A DNA stretch of 64,000 bases, taken from an uncultured Pseudomonadales bacterium. GTDB lineage: Bacteria; Patescibacteriota; Microgenomatia; UBA1400; PJMF01. The notes beneath the pieces are model-generated. The model saw only the letters and a list, made by a program, of their open reading frames with translations. It did not search any database and had not been told where the DNA came from. Every line of letters begins with the position of its first letter. The first letter of the stretch is position 1. Positions 49,126 to 58,775 of the stretch are shown in pieces. The stretch lies in the NCBI GenBank assembly GCA_964607285.1, contig CAZSJW010000002.1, positions 5,669 to 69,668 on the forward strand, written 5' to 3'. The translations under genes and the position numbers were made by a program.

Positions 49126-50850
49126 TTATTTTCGTTCAATATTGAAAAATGAAAACCCCGTTTGTGGAATTGAGATATATCCAGGAGCACGAGTATTGAA
49201 TGCTTCCTTAAACTCGGCACCACTCATTGAAACTGACCCACGATTTGTTTGGAACGTAACGCTTGTAGTCTGGCCAGAGTCGCTATGTGAGACCGATGGT
49301 TTACCACTGATGCTAGTGACGGGATTACTCACTAACTTTCGCACCTCTTCCATACTATATGGATCACCCGACTGCCCACCAACCGCACAGCTTTTTATAG
49401 TTACGGGGAGAATTCTTCCTGTATCCGCACCACCAGGATCTTTCCGTAATAGCCATGTATTCAAAATATCAGACATCTCCTCCTCTGAAAGCCATGCCTT
49501 CCTACCACAGGATGATGAGTCATTTCGATATCCCTGCCTATACCAGGCTTTGTAGAACCATGGTGAGTTACCTTTACTCTCCCAAGCTCGACTTGTCCAA
49601 TCACCACTGCCATTTTTATCTGTAGTATCCCAACCAGAAGTTGAGAGGTACCCACCTGAAGTTGAGGAATAATAAGTAACTACATCTTCTAAAACTTGAC
49701 CTCTGGTCTCCTGGACTGCCTGTTTCCACTTTTCTGGGACACTCGCAGCCTTACTGCCCGAATATACTTGGCAAGCTTCTGTGGTACAAATTGATTTTCC
49801 ATCTTGTTTGTATCTGTATGCATAGGTGCGAGCAGCAACGGCTTGTGCTTTTAGTGCTTCAATTGGCCAATCAGATGGCATTTCGGCAATACCATACAAG
49901 TATTGATCCTCGAAAGGAATCGAGCCAACACCAGTCACATTAATTGATCCACCTGTGTCCTTACTGGTTGGTTCTTTCCCATAGTACGCTTGCAAAATTT
50001 CTTTGAATGATTGACCTGCATCAGCTCGAGCTTTTGCCCCGTACTGACTCATGCCTTTTCGATGTGTATACGCCCCGAATGAAAAAACTGCAAATGAACC
50101 ACTCGGTGCGTTATCTCTAAAACCTGCGATTGAGGCGTCATAATCAGAGCCAATTGGTACATTCCCGGCACTGGTGGTAGTTGAACCCGAGCGTGCAGCT
50201 AAAACAGCTTGCTGTTGCGCCGAAAGTGCTGCAATTTTTCCCGAAAGTTCTTTTTGGTATGACTTTGCTTTTGTGATCTCGCCTTGAAAAAAAGCTGCTT
50301 GTTCATCAAGTTGTTTTTCTAAGGCAGCCAGTTTCTGTTGATCTGACTCTAGTTTCTTCTTATCAGCTTCCAATCCTACAATGTCTGTGCCAATATCCTG
50401 AATGAGTCGATTATCCTGTGCTTTAATTGAGCTACGATATGCCAAGTCCTTTGTCAAATCACTGGCATCACCCGTTGAAACAAGAGCGAGCAATGGTGAG
50501 TATGTTCGTGTCTTTTTATACTGTTCAAAGATTCGCCTTGAAAGCAATGCGTACTGATACGACAAGGCTTTTTCACGCTGATCAATTGTTTTTGAAAGGT
50601 CTAGAGCTTCAGCTTTTGCACGAACAATCCCTGCCCGAGCGTTGTCAATTTTTGACTCTAAAGTATCCACTTCTTTTTCAAGTGGCTTAGTAGCATCTTC
50701 CGAAAGCTTTTTTAGATTTGCTAAATCATCAATTTGCCTCTGGAGTTCCTGAACTTCATCAGCAAATACGGGCATCTGGTTTTGAAGCAGTCCAGATGTG
50801 TAAATGAGCATCAATACTATACTCGAGGCGAGAACTCTACGTATACGCAT
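49126..50850 (-). CDS. SpoIID/LytB-domain protein with an N-terminal coiled-coil region (probable cell-wall remodelling protein)
   Basis: Signal/TM, then ~200 aa of heptad-like charged repeats. C-terminal GMSQYGAKARADAGQSFKEILQAYYG matches the SpoIID/LytB signature. Confidence 0.65.
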   Translation of the reverse strand: MRIRRVLASSIVLMLIYTSGLLQNQMPVFADEVQELQRQIDDLANLKKLSEDATKPLEKEVDTLESKIDNARAGIVRAKAEALDLSKTIDQREKALSYQYALLSRRIFEQYKKTRTYSPLLALVSTGDASDLTKDLAYRSSIKAQDNRLIQDIGTDIVGLEADKKKLESDQQKLAALEKQLDEQAAFFQGEITKAKSYQKELSGKIAALSAQQQAVLAARSGSTTTSAGNVPIGSDYDASIAGFRDNAPSGSFAVFSFGAYTHRKGMSQYGAKARADAGQSFKEILQAYYGKEPTSKDTGGSINVTGVGSIPFEDQYLYGIAEMPSDWPIEALKAQAVAARTYAYRYKQDGKSICTTEACQVYSGSKAASVPEKWKQAVQETRGQVLEDVVTYYSSTSGGYLSTSGWDTTDKNGSGDWTSRAWESKGNSPWFYKAWYRQGYRNDSSSCGRKAWLSEEEMSDILNTWLLRKDPGGADTGRILPVTIKSCAVGGQSGDPYSMEEVRKLVSNPVTSISGKPSVSHSDSGQTTSVTFQTNRGSVSMSGAEFKEAFNTRAPGYISIPQTGFSFFNIERK

Positions 50851-50964
50851 ACTATATCTTCATTCTATAACAAATTGGTTGCTCAGGGAAAACCAATTTC
50901 TCACTTATCAATTTACCTAGAATTGCGATACAATAAGCACGTAGTCCAGCACCACTCGAACATT

Positions 50965-52260
50965 ATGAAGAATTTTCGCAGAGTACTCATTCGCTCATTT
51001 TTTTTGTTGCTGCTTTCTTTGGTATCAATTGCAAACTTACTGAGCCCAACACAGGTCTACGCAGTAGATAATTGTGCTGACACATATAGCATCTTTACTG
51101 ACTCATTTACTGTGAGCTCCAATGAAATTCTCAATGGTGACATCGGCGAAAGTCTGTCTATTTCTCTTTCAGGATTCTCTCCTGGCCTTACATACAATAT
51201 ATATGGCATTACCGTTAATCCAAACATAGCTACCTCTATTAAACAGCCACTAACTGTTGCTGGAGGCAAAGCTACTATCATGCTTACCGATCCTAGTTAC
51301 TTCTACATGCCTGATTATAATCTCGACCAGCCTTGGCTTTTGCATATTGAGGCAGTAGATTCCAGAGGTGATGTTGCTTGGGATTGTGCGATAAGTGAGA
51401 GCTTTTACACTATTAAAAAGGCAGTGTTTAGCTGTGCTCAGCTTGTTGTTTCACAGGATCGATCCGTAGATGTAGATGGCGATGGTGTTCCAGATATGTG
51501 CCACCAAACACCTACTAATGGTGGCTGCATTGATGCTACAGCCGATATAGTGATTTCTGGGTACATATACAAAGGCAACCAACCTTCAGCAAATCATCGG
51601 ATCAATACCGATATAGGTGGAGCTGGTGGTAGAAATGAAAAAACAGATACAACTGCAGCAGATGGATCTTTCAGTGTTACATATCCTGCCCAAGAACCTG
51701 ACACTTATAGACTCAGAGTTGAAGGGAAAACTGTTCCAAGCATCGGTTTTAACATCTGTAACCTTTCAGACTTTATTCGCATAAAACCACAGTGTGATGA
51801 CGCACCTGCGGGTGGACTACCACCAGAGTGTTCGATCACCAAACCTCCAGCACCTCTTCCTGGCCAACCACCGGGTCCTGTGCGAGGTGCAATTGATTCG
51901 TTTTCCTTCTGTTCACAAATCAATGACCCAGCACTCAAGATTGAGTGTTTAGATTGTGCAGGGGGTGAAAAAGGCTATGCAGGTGTCTGGACAGCAATTG
52001 GCTGTATAAAACGTGAACCTGAAGCAATTGTTCGTAAATTTATGGTTGTAGGCATCAGTACAGGTGGTGGTGTAGCACTGCTCAGTTTCCTCGCCGCTGG
52101 GTTTACCCTAAGCACTTCGCAAGGTGATGCCAAACGCATCGATGATGCTAAACAGCTACTGACTGCCTCAATTACTGGTTTGCTTTTTATCATTTTTTCG
52201 GTCACAATTCTTGAATATATTGGGTATTCAATACTTGGTATTCCAGGCTTTGGCGGATAA
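50965..52260 (+). CDS. Secreted Cys-rich adhesin-like domain fused to a C-terminal two-helix TrbC/VirB2-like pilin module (paralog 1 of 11)
   Basis: Signal peptide MKNFRRVLIRSFFLLLLSLVSIANLLSPTQVYA. ~330-aa Cys-containing ectodomain (DVDGDGVPDMC…). C-terminus has hydrophobic helix, ...STSQGDAKRIDDAKQLL..., then a second hydrophobic helix. ATG at 50965; the ORF-track start at 50734 would overlap the upstream gene. Confidence 0.5.
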   Translation: MKNFRRVLIRSFFLLLLSLVSIANLLSPTQVYAVDNCADTYSIFTDSFTVSSNEILNGDIGESLSISLSGFSPGLTYNIYGITVNPNIATSIKQPLTVAGGKATIMLTDPSYFYMPDYNLDQPWLLHIEAVDSRGDVAWDCAISESFYTIKKAVFSCAQLVVSQDRSVDVDGDGVPDMCHQTPTNGGCIDATADIVISGYIYKGNQPSANHRINTDIGGAGGRNEKTDTTAADGSFSVTYPAQEPDTYRLRVEGKTVPSIGFNICNLSDFIRIKPQCDDAPAGGLPPECSITKPPAPLPGQPPGPVRGAIDSFSFCSQINDPALKIECLDCAGGEKGYAGVWTAIGCIKREPEAIVRKFMVVGISTGGGVALLSFLAAGFTLSTSQGDAKRIDDAKQLLTASITGLLFIIFSVTILEYIGYSILGIPGFGG

Positions 52261-52265
52261 CCACT

Positions 52266-52793
52266 ATGCTGCATTTTTCCAACATTATCAAAACAGTGAA
52301 TATTACTCGGTTACTGCTAGTAGGATTATTGTTCGTTGCACTGAATGTGGGAACAGTAAGCAGCGAGTCAAACCAGGTATTTGCAGCAGAAACTTGTTAC
52401 GAAACTTGTATTAGAATAGGTGGTAGTCCTGGAAAATGTGAAGATGACTGCGGTGGTCCTCCTGTTGATGTATTCAACCCAAAAGCAGGTCCCAGCTCCG
52501 AAACGTTTGATTTTCTCAACCCATTAGAACTCGGTTCAAAAGCTAGCACGCTTTCCACTCCTGGAGGGATAATTTCTGAAATCTTGGTATTTATTTTCCC
52601 TCTAGCTGGGTTAGTTCTATTCTTAATGCTTGTATGGGGTGGCTTTGAAATACTAATTGGGGGTGCAAACAAGAAATCAATTGATACAGGTAAACAGCGC
52701 ATTACTTCAGCACTCACAGGATTTTTCTTACTCTTTAGTTCGTACTGGATTACTCAAATCCTAGAGTACATTTTTGGCGTTGCAATTCTGTAA
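52266..52793 (+). CDS. Pilin-like two-helix protein (TrbC/VirB2-like fold), paralog 2
   Basis: Signal peptide, Cys-containing head (CYETCIRIGGSPGKCEDDCGG). C-terminal module ...LFLMLVWGGFEILIGGANKKSIDTGKQRITSALTGFFLLFSSYWI. Confidence 0.5.
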   Translation: MLHFSNIIKTVNITRLLLVGLLFVALNVGTVSSESNQVFAAETCYETCIRIGGSPGKCEDDCGGPPVDVFNPKAGPSSETFDFLNPLELGSKASTLSTPGGIISEILVFIFPLAGLVLFLMLVWGGFEILIGGANKKSIDTGKQRITSALTGFFLLFSSYWITQILEYIFGVAIL

Positions 52794-52800
52794 TCTGTAT

Positions 52801-53499
52801 CTATCCACCGAATCGTCTTTGTCGCTGCTCGTACTCAGCAATCGCTCGATCAAGTTCTGTTGGCGTGAAGTCGGGGTACAAGACTTCTGAAAAGCACAAC
52901 TCTGAGTACTCACACTGCCAAAGCATAAAACCAGACAACCTCTGTTCACCACCCGTTCTAATGATCAAATCTGGGTCTGGTATACCATCTGTATCAAGAT
53001 ATTTTGAGATTGTGGCAATAGATATGGGTTCTGATTTTTTCTCTTGATCTAAAACAAGTTTTGAAACCGCCCTAACTAACTCATCACGGCCACCATAATT
53101 CATAGCAAAAATGACAGTTATGCCAGTATTCTGAGAGGTGGCTGCAACAGCTTTTTTTACTTGGTCTTGCACATCACTGGGAAAACGCGTGATATCACCA
53201 ATTATCCGCAACTTGACATTATTTTCTGTAAAGAGAGTGATCTTTTTTTCAAACCCAGCGCGAAATAACTGCATGAGCAACTCAATCTCCCTCGGACTAC
53301 GCTTCCAATTCTCAGTGCTAAACACCCAAAATGTCAGGTACTTCACACCTAGTGTAGCTGCATGCCTGATCAGTGGTTCAAATGTTCTTTCGACTGCATT
53401 TTCGTGGCCTTGAATTACTGCTAAGCCATGAGAGCGTGCCCAACGGCGATTTCCATCAGCAATAATTGCAATATGTTGCGGTATTGTTGTTTGCCCCAT
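52801..53499 (-). CDS. uppS: Undecaprenyl-diphosphate synthase (cis-isoprenyl transferase)
   Basis: HIAIIADGNRRWAR and FSTENWKRS motifs, plus the C-terminal RTGGEQRLSGFMLWQ motif. Confidence 0.85.
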   Translation of the reverse strand: MGQTTIPQHIAIIADGNRRWARSHGLAVIQGHENAVERTFEPLIRHAATLGVKYLTFWVFSTENWKRSPREIELLMQLFRAGFEKKITLFTENNVKLRIIGDITRFPSDVQDQVKKAVAATSQNTGITVIFAMNYGGRDELVRAVSKLVLDQEKKSEPISIATISKYLDTDGIPDPDLIIRTGGEQRLSGFMLWQCEYSELCFSEVLYPDFTPTELDRAIAEYEQRQRRFGG

Positions 53500-53507
53500 A
53501 CGACTCT

Positions 53508-54317
53508 TTACTCTACAGCTATTGCCGTACCCAGCACTGGTTTTCCTGAAATAGCATCTGAAAGACTACCGTGTTCAATCCCATCAATAATCAAACCAGG
53601 AATGCCTTGTTTTGCAAGTGAGAGTGCTTCATTGACTTTGTGCAACATCCCACCTGTCACATCAACCCCATCTGAACCCGTTAGCATAGACTCATATTCT
53701 TTGTAATTGTCCTGTGTTATCAGAGGAATTGTATTTCCAGAAAGATCATACACACCATTAGTACGGCCACAATGAATAATTTGTGCCGCAGTATATCCAC
53801 GCTTCTGTAAGTCTATAGCTAAATAGCCAAGCACTCTCTCAGTAGAAAAAATTGTGCAGCCACGTTTTTTATCAAGAATTGCATCTCCATATACAACTGG
53901 GATCATATCCATCTGAAGTACTTGCTCAATACTTCTAGTATCAATTGACTCTAACTCAAAATTACTTGCGCCCATCGTAGAAAGCGGACTGATAGACACA
54001 GCATTCACACCCGCCAGCAATAAAGCCTCCATCACAATTTGATTGAGTTGTTTTGCCGCATGAGCTACTGCGGCAAGCCCTTGAAAACTTTCTTCTGTGA
54101 GAATTCCTTTATGCGTTTGATATCTGTGCGCAGGAACGTGCGCAAATGATCCTGCCCCATGACCAATTACAAGCTTCACCCCAAGCTGAGTAGCTCTATA
54201 CACTTCAAACGCTATCTTTTGTAAAGCATGCTCTCTGACACTATTAGCCACTTGTTTATCAGTGATAAGCGAGCCACCAACTTTTATAAAGTATATTTTT
54301 TGTGTTGGGTTAAACAT
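53508..54317 (-). CDS. Isopentenyl phosphate kinase (amino-acid-kinase fold)
   Basis: N-terminus IYFIKVGGSLITDK and VIGHGAGSFAHVPA (IPK HGGGSFGH-type motif). 269 aa. Sits between IDI and UppS genes. Confidence 0.55.
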   Translation of the reverse strand: MFNPTQKIYFIKVGGSLITDKQVANSVREHALQKIAFEVYRATQLGVKLVIGHGAGSFAHVPAHRYQTHKGILTEESFQGLAAVAHAAKQLNQIVMEALLLAGVNAVSISPLSTMGASNFELESIDTRSIEQVLQMDMIPVVYGDAILDKKRGCTIFSTERVLGYLAIDLQKRGYTAAQIIHCGRTNGVYDLSGNTIPLITQDNYKEYESMLTGSDGVDVTGGMLHKVNEALSLAKQGIPGLIIDGIEHGSLSDAISGKPVLGTAIAVE

Positions 54318-54956
54318 TTAGTTTTTCCTCACGCTGCTTGATTGTTCCAAACGCAGCCAATTAGTTATTCGTTGTCGAAGTGCACGATCTGAACTCATCA
54401 GTGTAAACCATGGCGCAAATGAAGCATCTAGGTTTACTGCATCTGATACCTCTGTCCAAGGCACCCACTGCACAGCTGATACTTCCTTTTCATTTGGCGC
54501 AGCCGTACCGAAGTACCATCCAGTAAAAATATGATCAACTTCATTTTCACTATATAGATCAGAGCACTTAGTTTGGTAAATCAATGTGTATACATCCGTA
54601 AGATTTTCTACATCATGTATGTCTAACTCATATGCAAGTCTTTTTTTTGCACACTCTAGGTAACTCTGTCCAGGTTCAACATTTCCACACACAGTGTTAG
54701 CCCACTGCTCCGCTCCAACCAACTTTTCCGTACTTCGCCGTTGCATAAGCAACTCAACTACCCCATTGTCTATTCTAAATAAAAACACAGATATTGCTCG
54801 ATGTAGCAAACCATCACCTAGGTGAGCTGTTACGACATCTGTCACGCCAATCTCAGCATCGTGCTCATCAACTAGCTGCACCTGCCTATTCATCAGTTTT
54901 CTAAGAGCATCTTCTTTATAACTTACCATGACAAATACAATAGTCGCAAAAACCAC
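54318..54956 (-). CDS. idi: Isopentenyl-diphosphate delta-isomerase, type 1 (Nudix fold)
   Basis: LLHRAISVFLFRIDNGVVELLMQRRSTEKLVGAEQWANTVCGNVEPGQSYLECAKKRLAYELDI follows the IDI-1 pattern (HRAFSVFLFN…LLLQRR…K.TFPG.WTNTCCSHP..GE). Confidence 0.7.
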   Translation of the reverse strand: MVFATIVFVMVSYKEDALRKLMNRQVQLVDEHDAEIGVTDVVTAHLGDGLLHRAISVFLFRIDNGVVELLMQRRSTEKLVGAEQWANTVCGNVEPGQSYLECAKKRLAYELDIHDVENLTDVYTLIYQTKCSDLYSENEVDHIFTGWYFGTAAPNEKEVSAVQWVPWTEVSDAVNLDASFAPWFTLMSSDRALRQRITNWLRLEQSSSVRKN

Positions 54957-54972
54957 TCAAAATCACGCAAAA

Positions 54973-55320
54973 TTAGTGAGATTTTCTAAACACATTCGAG
55001 AAGCGATACAATAAGTAGAATAAAATTACTTGCCAATATACACAAAAAAACGCAACAATATTGCCAATAAAAGGCAGAATATCACAAGCAAAGTTGGGCA
55101 GCGATGCACAAGGAAACAACAAGCCCACTACTGGAACAATAATGGCTCGCCATAAAATCGTTGTGAGCGCAAGCATCACTGTTGGGGTCACTGTTAGCCA
55201 GATTAATGATGAGTCCTTGACCAAAGATTGCATCGTCAAGTACGGATGCAGTAATAGACCAGCAGAGACTCGAGCTACTGCATACATCGTTCTAACTAAT
55301 AGTAGTTGTAGCACTCTCAT
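54973..55320 (-). CDS. Hypothetical membrane protein
   Basis: 115 aa, three hydrophobic helices. Confidence 0.3.
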   Translation of the reverse strand: MRVLQLLLVRTMYAVARVSAGLLLHPYLTMQSLVKDSSLIWLTVTPTVMLALTTILWRAIIVPVVGLLFPCASLPNFACDILPFIGNIVAFFCVYWQVILFYLLYRFSNVFRKSH

Positions 55321-55538
55321 AGTTGCATGATCTCAATAAACACTGCAGTCAGGAATGCACATGCCAATGACACCTGCCAAACATGATTGGCTATAAACGT
55401 GGTGAAAAAACTAAGGGAGGTTGGCAAAATAGGATTTGCCGATAACCGTGCTTGTAATCGTGCTTCAGACTCAAGTACTTTTAGAAAGTCTTCAACATCT
55501 GAGGAGTGTTTTTTATTTTTGCTCATACTATTTTGCAA
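55317..55538 (-). CDS. Small single-pass membrane protein, candidate anti-sigma factor
   Basis: 73 aa. Cytoplasmic N-terminus and C-terminal TM. Start overlaps the stop of the ECF sigma gene region. Assignment is positional only. Confidence 0.3.
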   Translation of the reverse strand: MQNSMSKNKKHSSDVEDFLKVLESEARLQARLSANPILPTSLSFFTTFIANHVWQVSLACAFLTAVFIEIMQL

Positions 55539-55541
55539 AGT

Positions 55542-56096
55542 CTACTCCAACACTACTTTTGACCAAACAGTTTTAAACTCAATTCTTGCCCGAAATAGCT
55601 CTGCTTCCACAGCCTTGATAGTTCTACCAACAATATGAGCTATTTCTGCAACTGATTTCCCATCAACATACTTGAGCTGCAGCAACTCACTCTGCGTTGC
55701 CTTCATTTTGCTTAGAACGACAACTACGCCAGCTGTGCTATTTGCATACGCTTCTCCCTGATCTGAAATCTCAAGAGAATCGAGTTCCAAAAACTGCGAG
55801 AGGGGCAGTGACTTCAATGCTCGCTTTGCATACCGTCTGCGATAGTAGTCAGCTATTTCATGACGAGCTATTGCACACATCCAAGTCCACAAGCTTGATT
55901 TTCCAGAGAACAAAGGTAGTTGCCGCAACGAATTCACAAAAATTTCTTGCACAATATCTTCAGCGTCAGCTTTACTCGAAATTTTTCCCGACACGTACCG
56001 TAATAATTTACTGTGGTATTGTATAAACCACGATCGTACAGACTGCGGATTGCCAGACTTCAAGGAATCAAGTAATTTTGCATCTGAAATGTGCAT
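55542..56096 (-). CDS. RNA polymerase sigma factor, ECF (sigma-70 group 4)
   Basis: Region 2 DAEDIVQEIFVNSLRQLPLFSG…WTWMCAIARHEIADYYRR and region 4 SVAEIAHIVGRTIKAVEAELFRARIEF. Confidence 0.75.
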   Translation of the reverse strand: MHISDAKLLDSLKSGNPQSVRSWFIQYHSKLLRYVSGKISSKADAEDIVQEIFVNSLRQLPLFSGKSSLWTWMCAIARHEIADYYRRRYAKRALKSLPLSQFLELDSLEISDQGEAYANSTAGVVVVLSKMKATQSELLQLKYVDGKSVAEIAHIVGRTIKAVEAELFRARIEFKTVWSKVVLE

Positions 56097-56163
56097 CTTG
56101 CGTCAATAGTGATTTTAACCATACACTAGTTAGTACCAAGTACTATATAATAACACGTACAAT

Positions 56164-56529
56164 ATGATTGGACTTCTGGTTGGTATCGTTGGAAAAGCCT
56201 ATGCGCAAGTGGACTGTTCCCCTGGCGCAGGCGGACTAAACTTGGCAAACTGCCTACAACTGAGTGATGGTCAATATGTTCGAGATGTTTATACAAGCCC
56301 TGCGTTTCTCGTAAACCTAATCGTACGCAACTTGTTCATTGTTGCTGGTATTGTGCTTTTTTTCATGATCATGCTCGCAGGATATAAATTTCTTTATAAA
56401 GACAAAGGTGGTCTGGAAGATGCAAAACAAATTCTCTTCAACGCCGTCATTGGTTTTGTCATCATGTTTTCAGCTTACTGGGTAGTACAATTAATCGCGC
56501 TTATCACTGGAGCAGACATTAGAATTTAA
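56164..56529 (+). CDS. Pilin-like two-helix protein, paralog 3
   Basis: Signal peptide, head with a Cys pair (DCSPGAGGLNLANC). Module ...IVLFFMIMLAGYKFLYKDKGGLEDAKQILFNAVIGFVIMFSAYWV. Confidence 0.5.
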   Translation: MIGLLVGIVGKAYAQVDCSPGAGGLNLANCLQLSDGQYVRDVYTSPAFLVNLIVRNLFIVAGIVLFFMIMLAGYKFLYKDKGGLEDAKQILFNAVIGFVIMFSAYWVVQLIALITGADIRI

Positions 56530-56531
56530 TT

Positions 56532-56981
56532 ATGCATCGTCTACGCCAACTACTACCTCGCCTCATGATGCTCATCATGATTGCAAGTGTGTTTTTGGTT
56601 CTACAAACACCAACTGTCTTTGCTCAGGCTGGTGATCCTTTTGGCACGATAGATACTCCTCCTGGTGTCGAGGTGATCAACCAACGATCAGGTCTGGGAG
56701 CTGATGAAATCCCTATTCTTTACTTCATTAGCATGCTTATCAGGCTAACAACTATCATAGCGGGTGTATGGGCACTACTTAATTTTATTCTGGCTGGCTG
56801 GGCGTACTTAGGCTCAGGGGGAAACGCTCAAGCACACACACAAGCAAGAGACCGTACAACCATGACTGTTCTTGGCTTGCTGCTTATGGTAAGTGTATAC
56901 ACCATTGCAGGCGTGATTGGCTTGATTTTCTTCGGAGACGCAAGTTTCATACTGAACCCAACCATAACAGGACCACTATGA
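56532..56981 (+). CDS. Pilin-like two-helix protein, paralog 4
   Basis: Module ...VWALLNFILAGWAYLGSGGNAQAHTQARDRTTMTVLGLLLMVSVYTIAG. Overlaps the next gene by 4 nt. Confidence 0.5.
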   Translation: MHRLRQLLPRLMMLIMIASVFLVLQTPTVFAQAGDPFGTIDTPPGVEVINQRSGLGADEIPILYFISMLIRLTTIIAGVWALLNFILAGWAYLGSGGNAQAHTQARDRTTMTVLGLLLMVSVYTIAGVIGLIFFGDASFILNPTITGPL

Positions 56982-57526
56982 GGTTTTTTTACTCTAAACT
57001 TACGCTTTCAGTCGCTTTTTTACTCATACTTTTTATGGTTTCTGTCTTTGCTCCAACTGCTGCCCAGGCGCAACAAGGCGGTTGTGTTCGTCCAGGGCAA
57101 TGTATAAATGGTAAGCTGTGTGATTGTCTTGATGGTATGGGATGCTTCCCATCTAATCAGACATGTACCGTTGATGACCCTACCTCAATCACAGGTACAG
57201 TCACTCCCCCACAAGGTGTCGCCGAGTACAATTCCTTAGCGGGAGGTATAGGCATCCTCTCCTTTGCTTCAAAGATTATTTTTTTACTAAACGTAGGTGC
57301 AGGTTTCTTTGCCATGTATAACTTCTTGACCGCGGGACTTATGTACGTGACAGGAGCAGGTGACAGTGGTGCCCACACGAAAGTAAAAGATAAACTCACC
57401 TTTACTTTCGTAGGTATAGCACTAATCGTTTCTACCTATACATTGGGAGGACTGATTGGTTTGATTTTCTATGGAGACGCCAGCTTTTTACTAAATCCAC
57501 AGCTGCAAGGAGCACTGGAGAACTAA
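56978..57526 (+). CDS. Pilin-like two-helix protein, paralog 5 (Cys-rich head)
   Basis: Head GGCVRPGQCINGKLCDCLDGMGCFPSNQTC. Module ...FAMYNFLTAGLMYVTGAGDSGAHTKVKDKLTFTFVGIALIVSTYTLGG. Confidence 0.5.
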   Translation: MRFFYSKLTLSVAFLLILFMVSVFAPTAAQAQQGGCVRPGQCINGKLCDCLDGMGCFPSNQTCTVDDPTSITGTVTPPQGVAEYNSLAGGIGILSFASKIIFLLNVGAGFFAMYNFLTAGLMYVTGAGDSGAHTKVKDKLTFTFVGIALIVSTYTLGGLIGLIFYGDASFLLNPQLQGALEN

Positions 57527-57532
57527 TCGTAG

Positions 57533-57934
57533 TTGTTATATACTATCTCTAATATGTTTGTCATACTCCCCACACTTATTGCGCAGTTCGGCGGTGGCTT
57601 TGATACTACAAACATGCCACTTAGCCAGGGCTCTGACACTGAGGAAGGTGCTCTTACTAATTTTGAGTTAATTATCTCCAACTTTATCGGCTTCATGACA
57701 GTGCTTGCAGGCATTTTTTTTATTGTCTACTTCATAATCGCTGCATTCAACTGGGTCACCTCTGGAGGAGACTCCGGAAAGCTCCAAAGTGCACGAGATC
57801 GCATGTTGCACGGAATTTTAGGATTAATAATAGTTGTTGGTAGTTACGCAATAGTCGGTTTACTGGGTACAATCATTGGTTTAGATGTACTTAGACCAGC
57901 AGATGCCATTCGAGATACATTAATCCCAAGGTAA
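57533..57934 (+). CDS. Pilin-like two-helix protein, paralog 6
   Basis: Module ...IFFIVYFIIAAFNWVTSGGDSGKLQSARDRMLHGILGLIIVVGSYAIVG. Confidence 0.5.
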   Translation: MLYTISNMFVILPTLIAQFGGGFDTTNMPLSQGSDTEEGALTNFELIISNFIGFMTVLAGIFFIVYFIIAAFNWVTSGGDSGKLQSARDRMLHGILGLIIVVGSYAIVGLLGTIIGLDVLRPADAIRDTLIPR

Positions 57935-57939
57935 TACTC

Positions 57940-58383
57940 ATGCACTCACCATCAAAACACACACAGTATCTAAGCAAGGTGACACTAGTTGGATTGTTTG
58001 CAACTCTATTTTCTCAGACAACTCAAGTTTCAGCTCAAATTAGCAACCCCGCCATTAAAGAACTAGGCTCAGCAGATAATGTCACGGCGGCAGAAAGTGG
58101 CTCACTATTTGCAGGATACTTTGTCTCTCTCTGGAGTTCCGTCATTTCACTTGGTGCAGTTGCAGTGCTCATTTACTTCGTATGGGGATCATTTGAGTGG
58201 ATCACTGCAGGTGGCGATTCAGCCAAAACAGATAAAGCACGCCAAAGGATCACAAACGCTATGCTTGGTCTATTTATTCTTGTGAGTACATTTGTTATCA
58301 TTAACTTTATGAGCTTCCTGTTCTTCGGTGATGAGTTCCAAATTCTCAGAATTACATTCCCAGGAGCTAGCACAGGACTATAA
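57940..58383 (+). CDS. Pilin-like two-helix protein, paralog 7
   Basis: Module ...AVLIYFVWGSFEWITAGGDSAKTDKARQRITNAMLGLFILVSTFVIIN. Confidence 0.5.
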   Translation: MHSPSKHTQYLSKVTLVGLFATLFSQTTQVSAQISNPAIKELGSADNVTAAESGSLFAGYFVSLWSSVISLGAVAVLIYFVWGSFEWITAGGDSAKTDKARQRITNAMLGLFILVSTFVIINFMSFLFFGDEFQILRITFPGASTGL

Positions 58384-58385
58384 GT

Positions 58386-58775
58386 ATGGCTTTTATTGCT
58401 GACATTCCAACTGAACCAGGATCTGGGGGTGGACCAGTAGATGGTGCATTACTCGATTTCAAGAACAAGTCGATTGATGTTCTGCCAGGAGTAGATACCG
58501 TAACGGCATACTCACCTGGAGGTAGTTTCGGTGCTTTGATCGGTCAAATCATGAGCATCGCCATGACAATCGCAGCGATATTACTTCTGCTCTATTTTGT
58601 TTGGGGCGCAATTGAGTGGGCTGCTTCAGGTGGAGACAAAAGCAAAATCGAAAAAGCCCGAGGGAGAATTTCAAACGCGATTACAGGTATTATCGTACTA
58701 TCATCCACAGCAGCAGTTATCATGATCGTTCAATCCTTCCTTGGTATTGAGATTCTCAAGTTTACAGGTTTATGA
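58386..58775 (+). CDS. Pilin-like two-helix protein, paralog 8 (terminates at a TGA that is followed by an in-frame open extension)
   Basis: Module ...LLLLYFVWGAIEWAASGGDKSKIEKARGRISNAITGIIVLSSTAAVIM. Stop TGA at 58773-58775. Confidence 0.5.
   Translation: MAFIADIPTEPGSGGGPVDGALLDFKNKSIDVLPGVDTVTAYSPGGSFGALIGQIMSIAMTIAAILLLLYFVWGAIEWAASGGDKSKIEKARGRISNAITGIIVLSSTAAVIMIVQSFLGIEILKFTGL

Noticed and set aside
48449-49555. 368-aa plus-strand ORF
   Set aside because: Spans the antisense of recF and the SpoIID-domain gene, both of which carry strong family motifs on the minus strand. The translation is Cys/Ser-rich and non-protein-like.
58773-58775. Selenocysteine insertion at the TGA
   Set aside because: No SECIS-like hairpin is evident immediately downstream. 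The downstream sequence is Gly-codon repeats, and no selenoprotein machinery is visible in the window. Kept only as a remote possibility.
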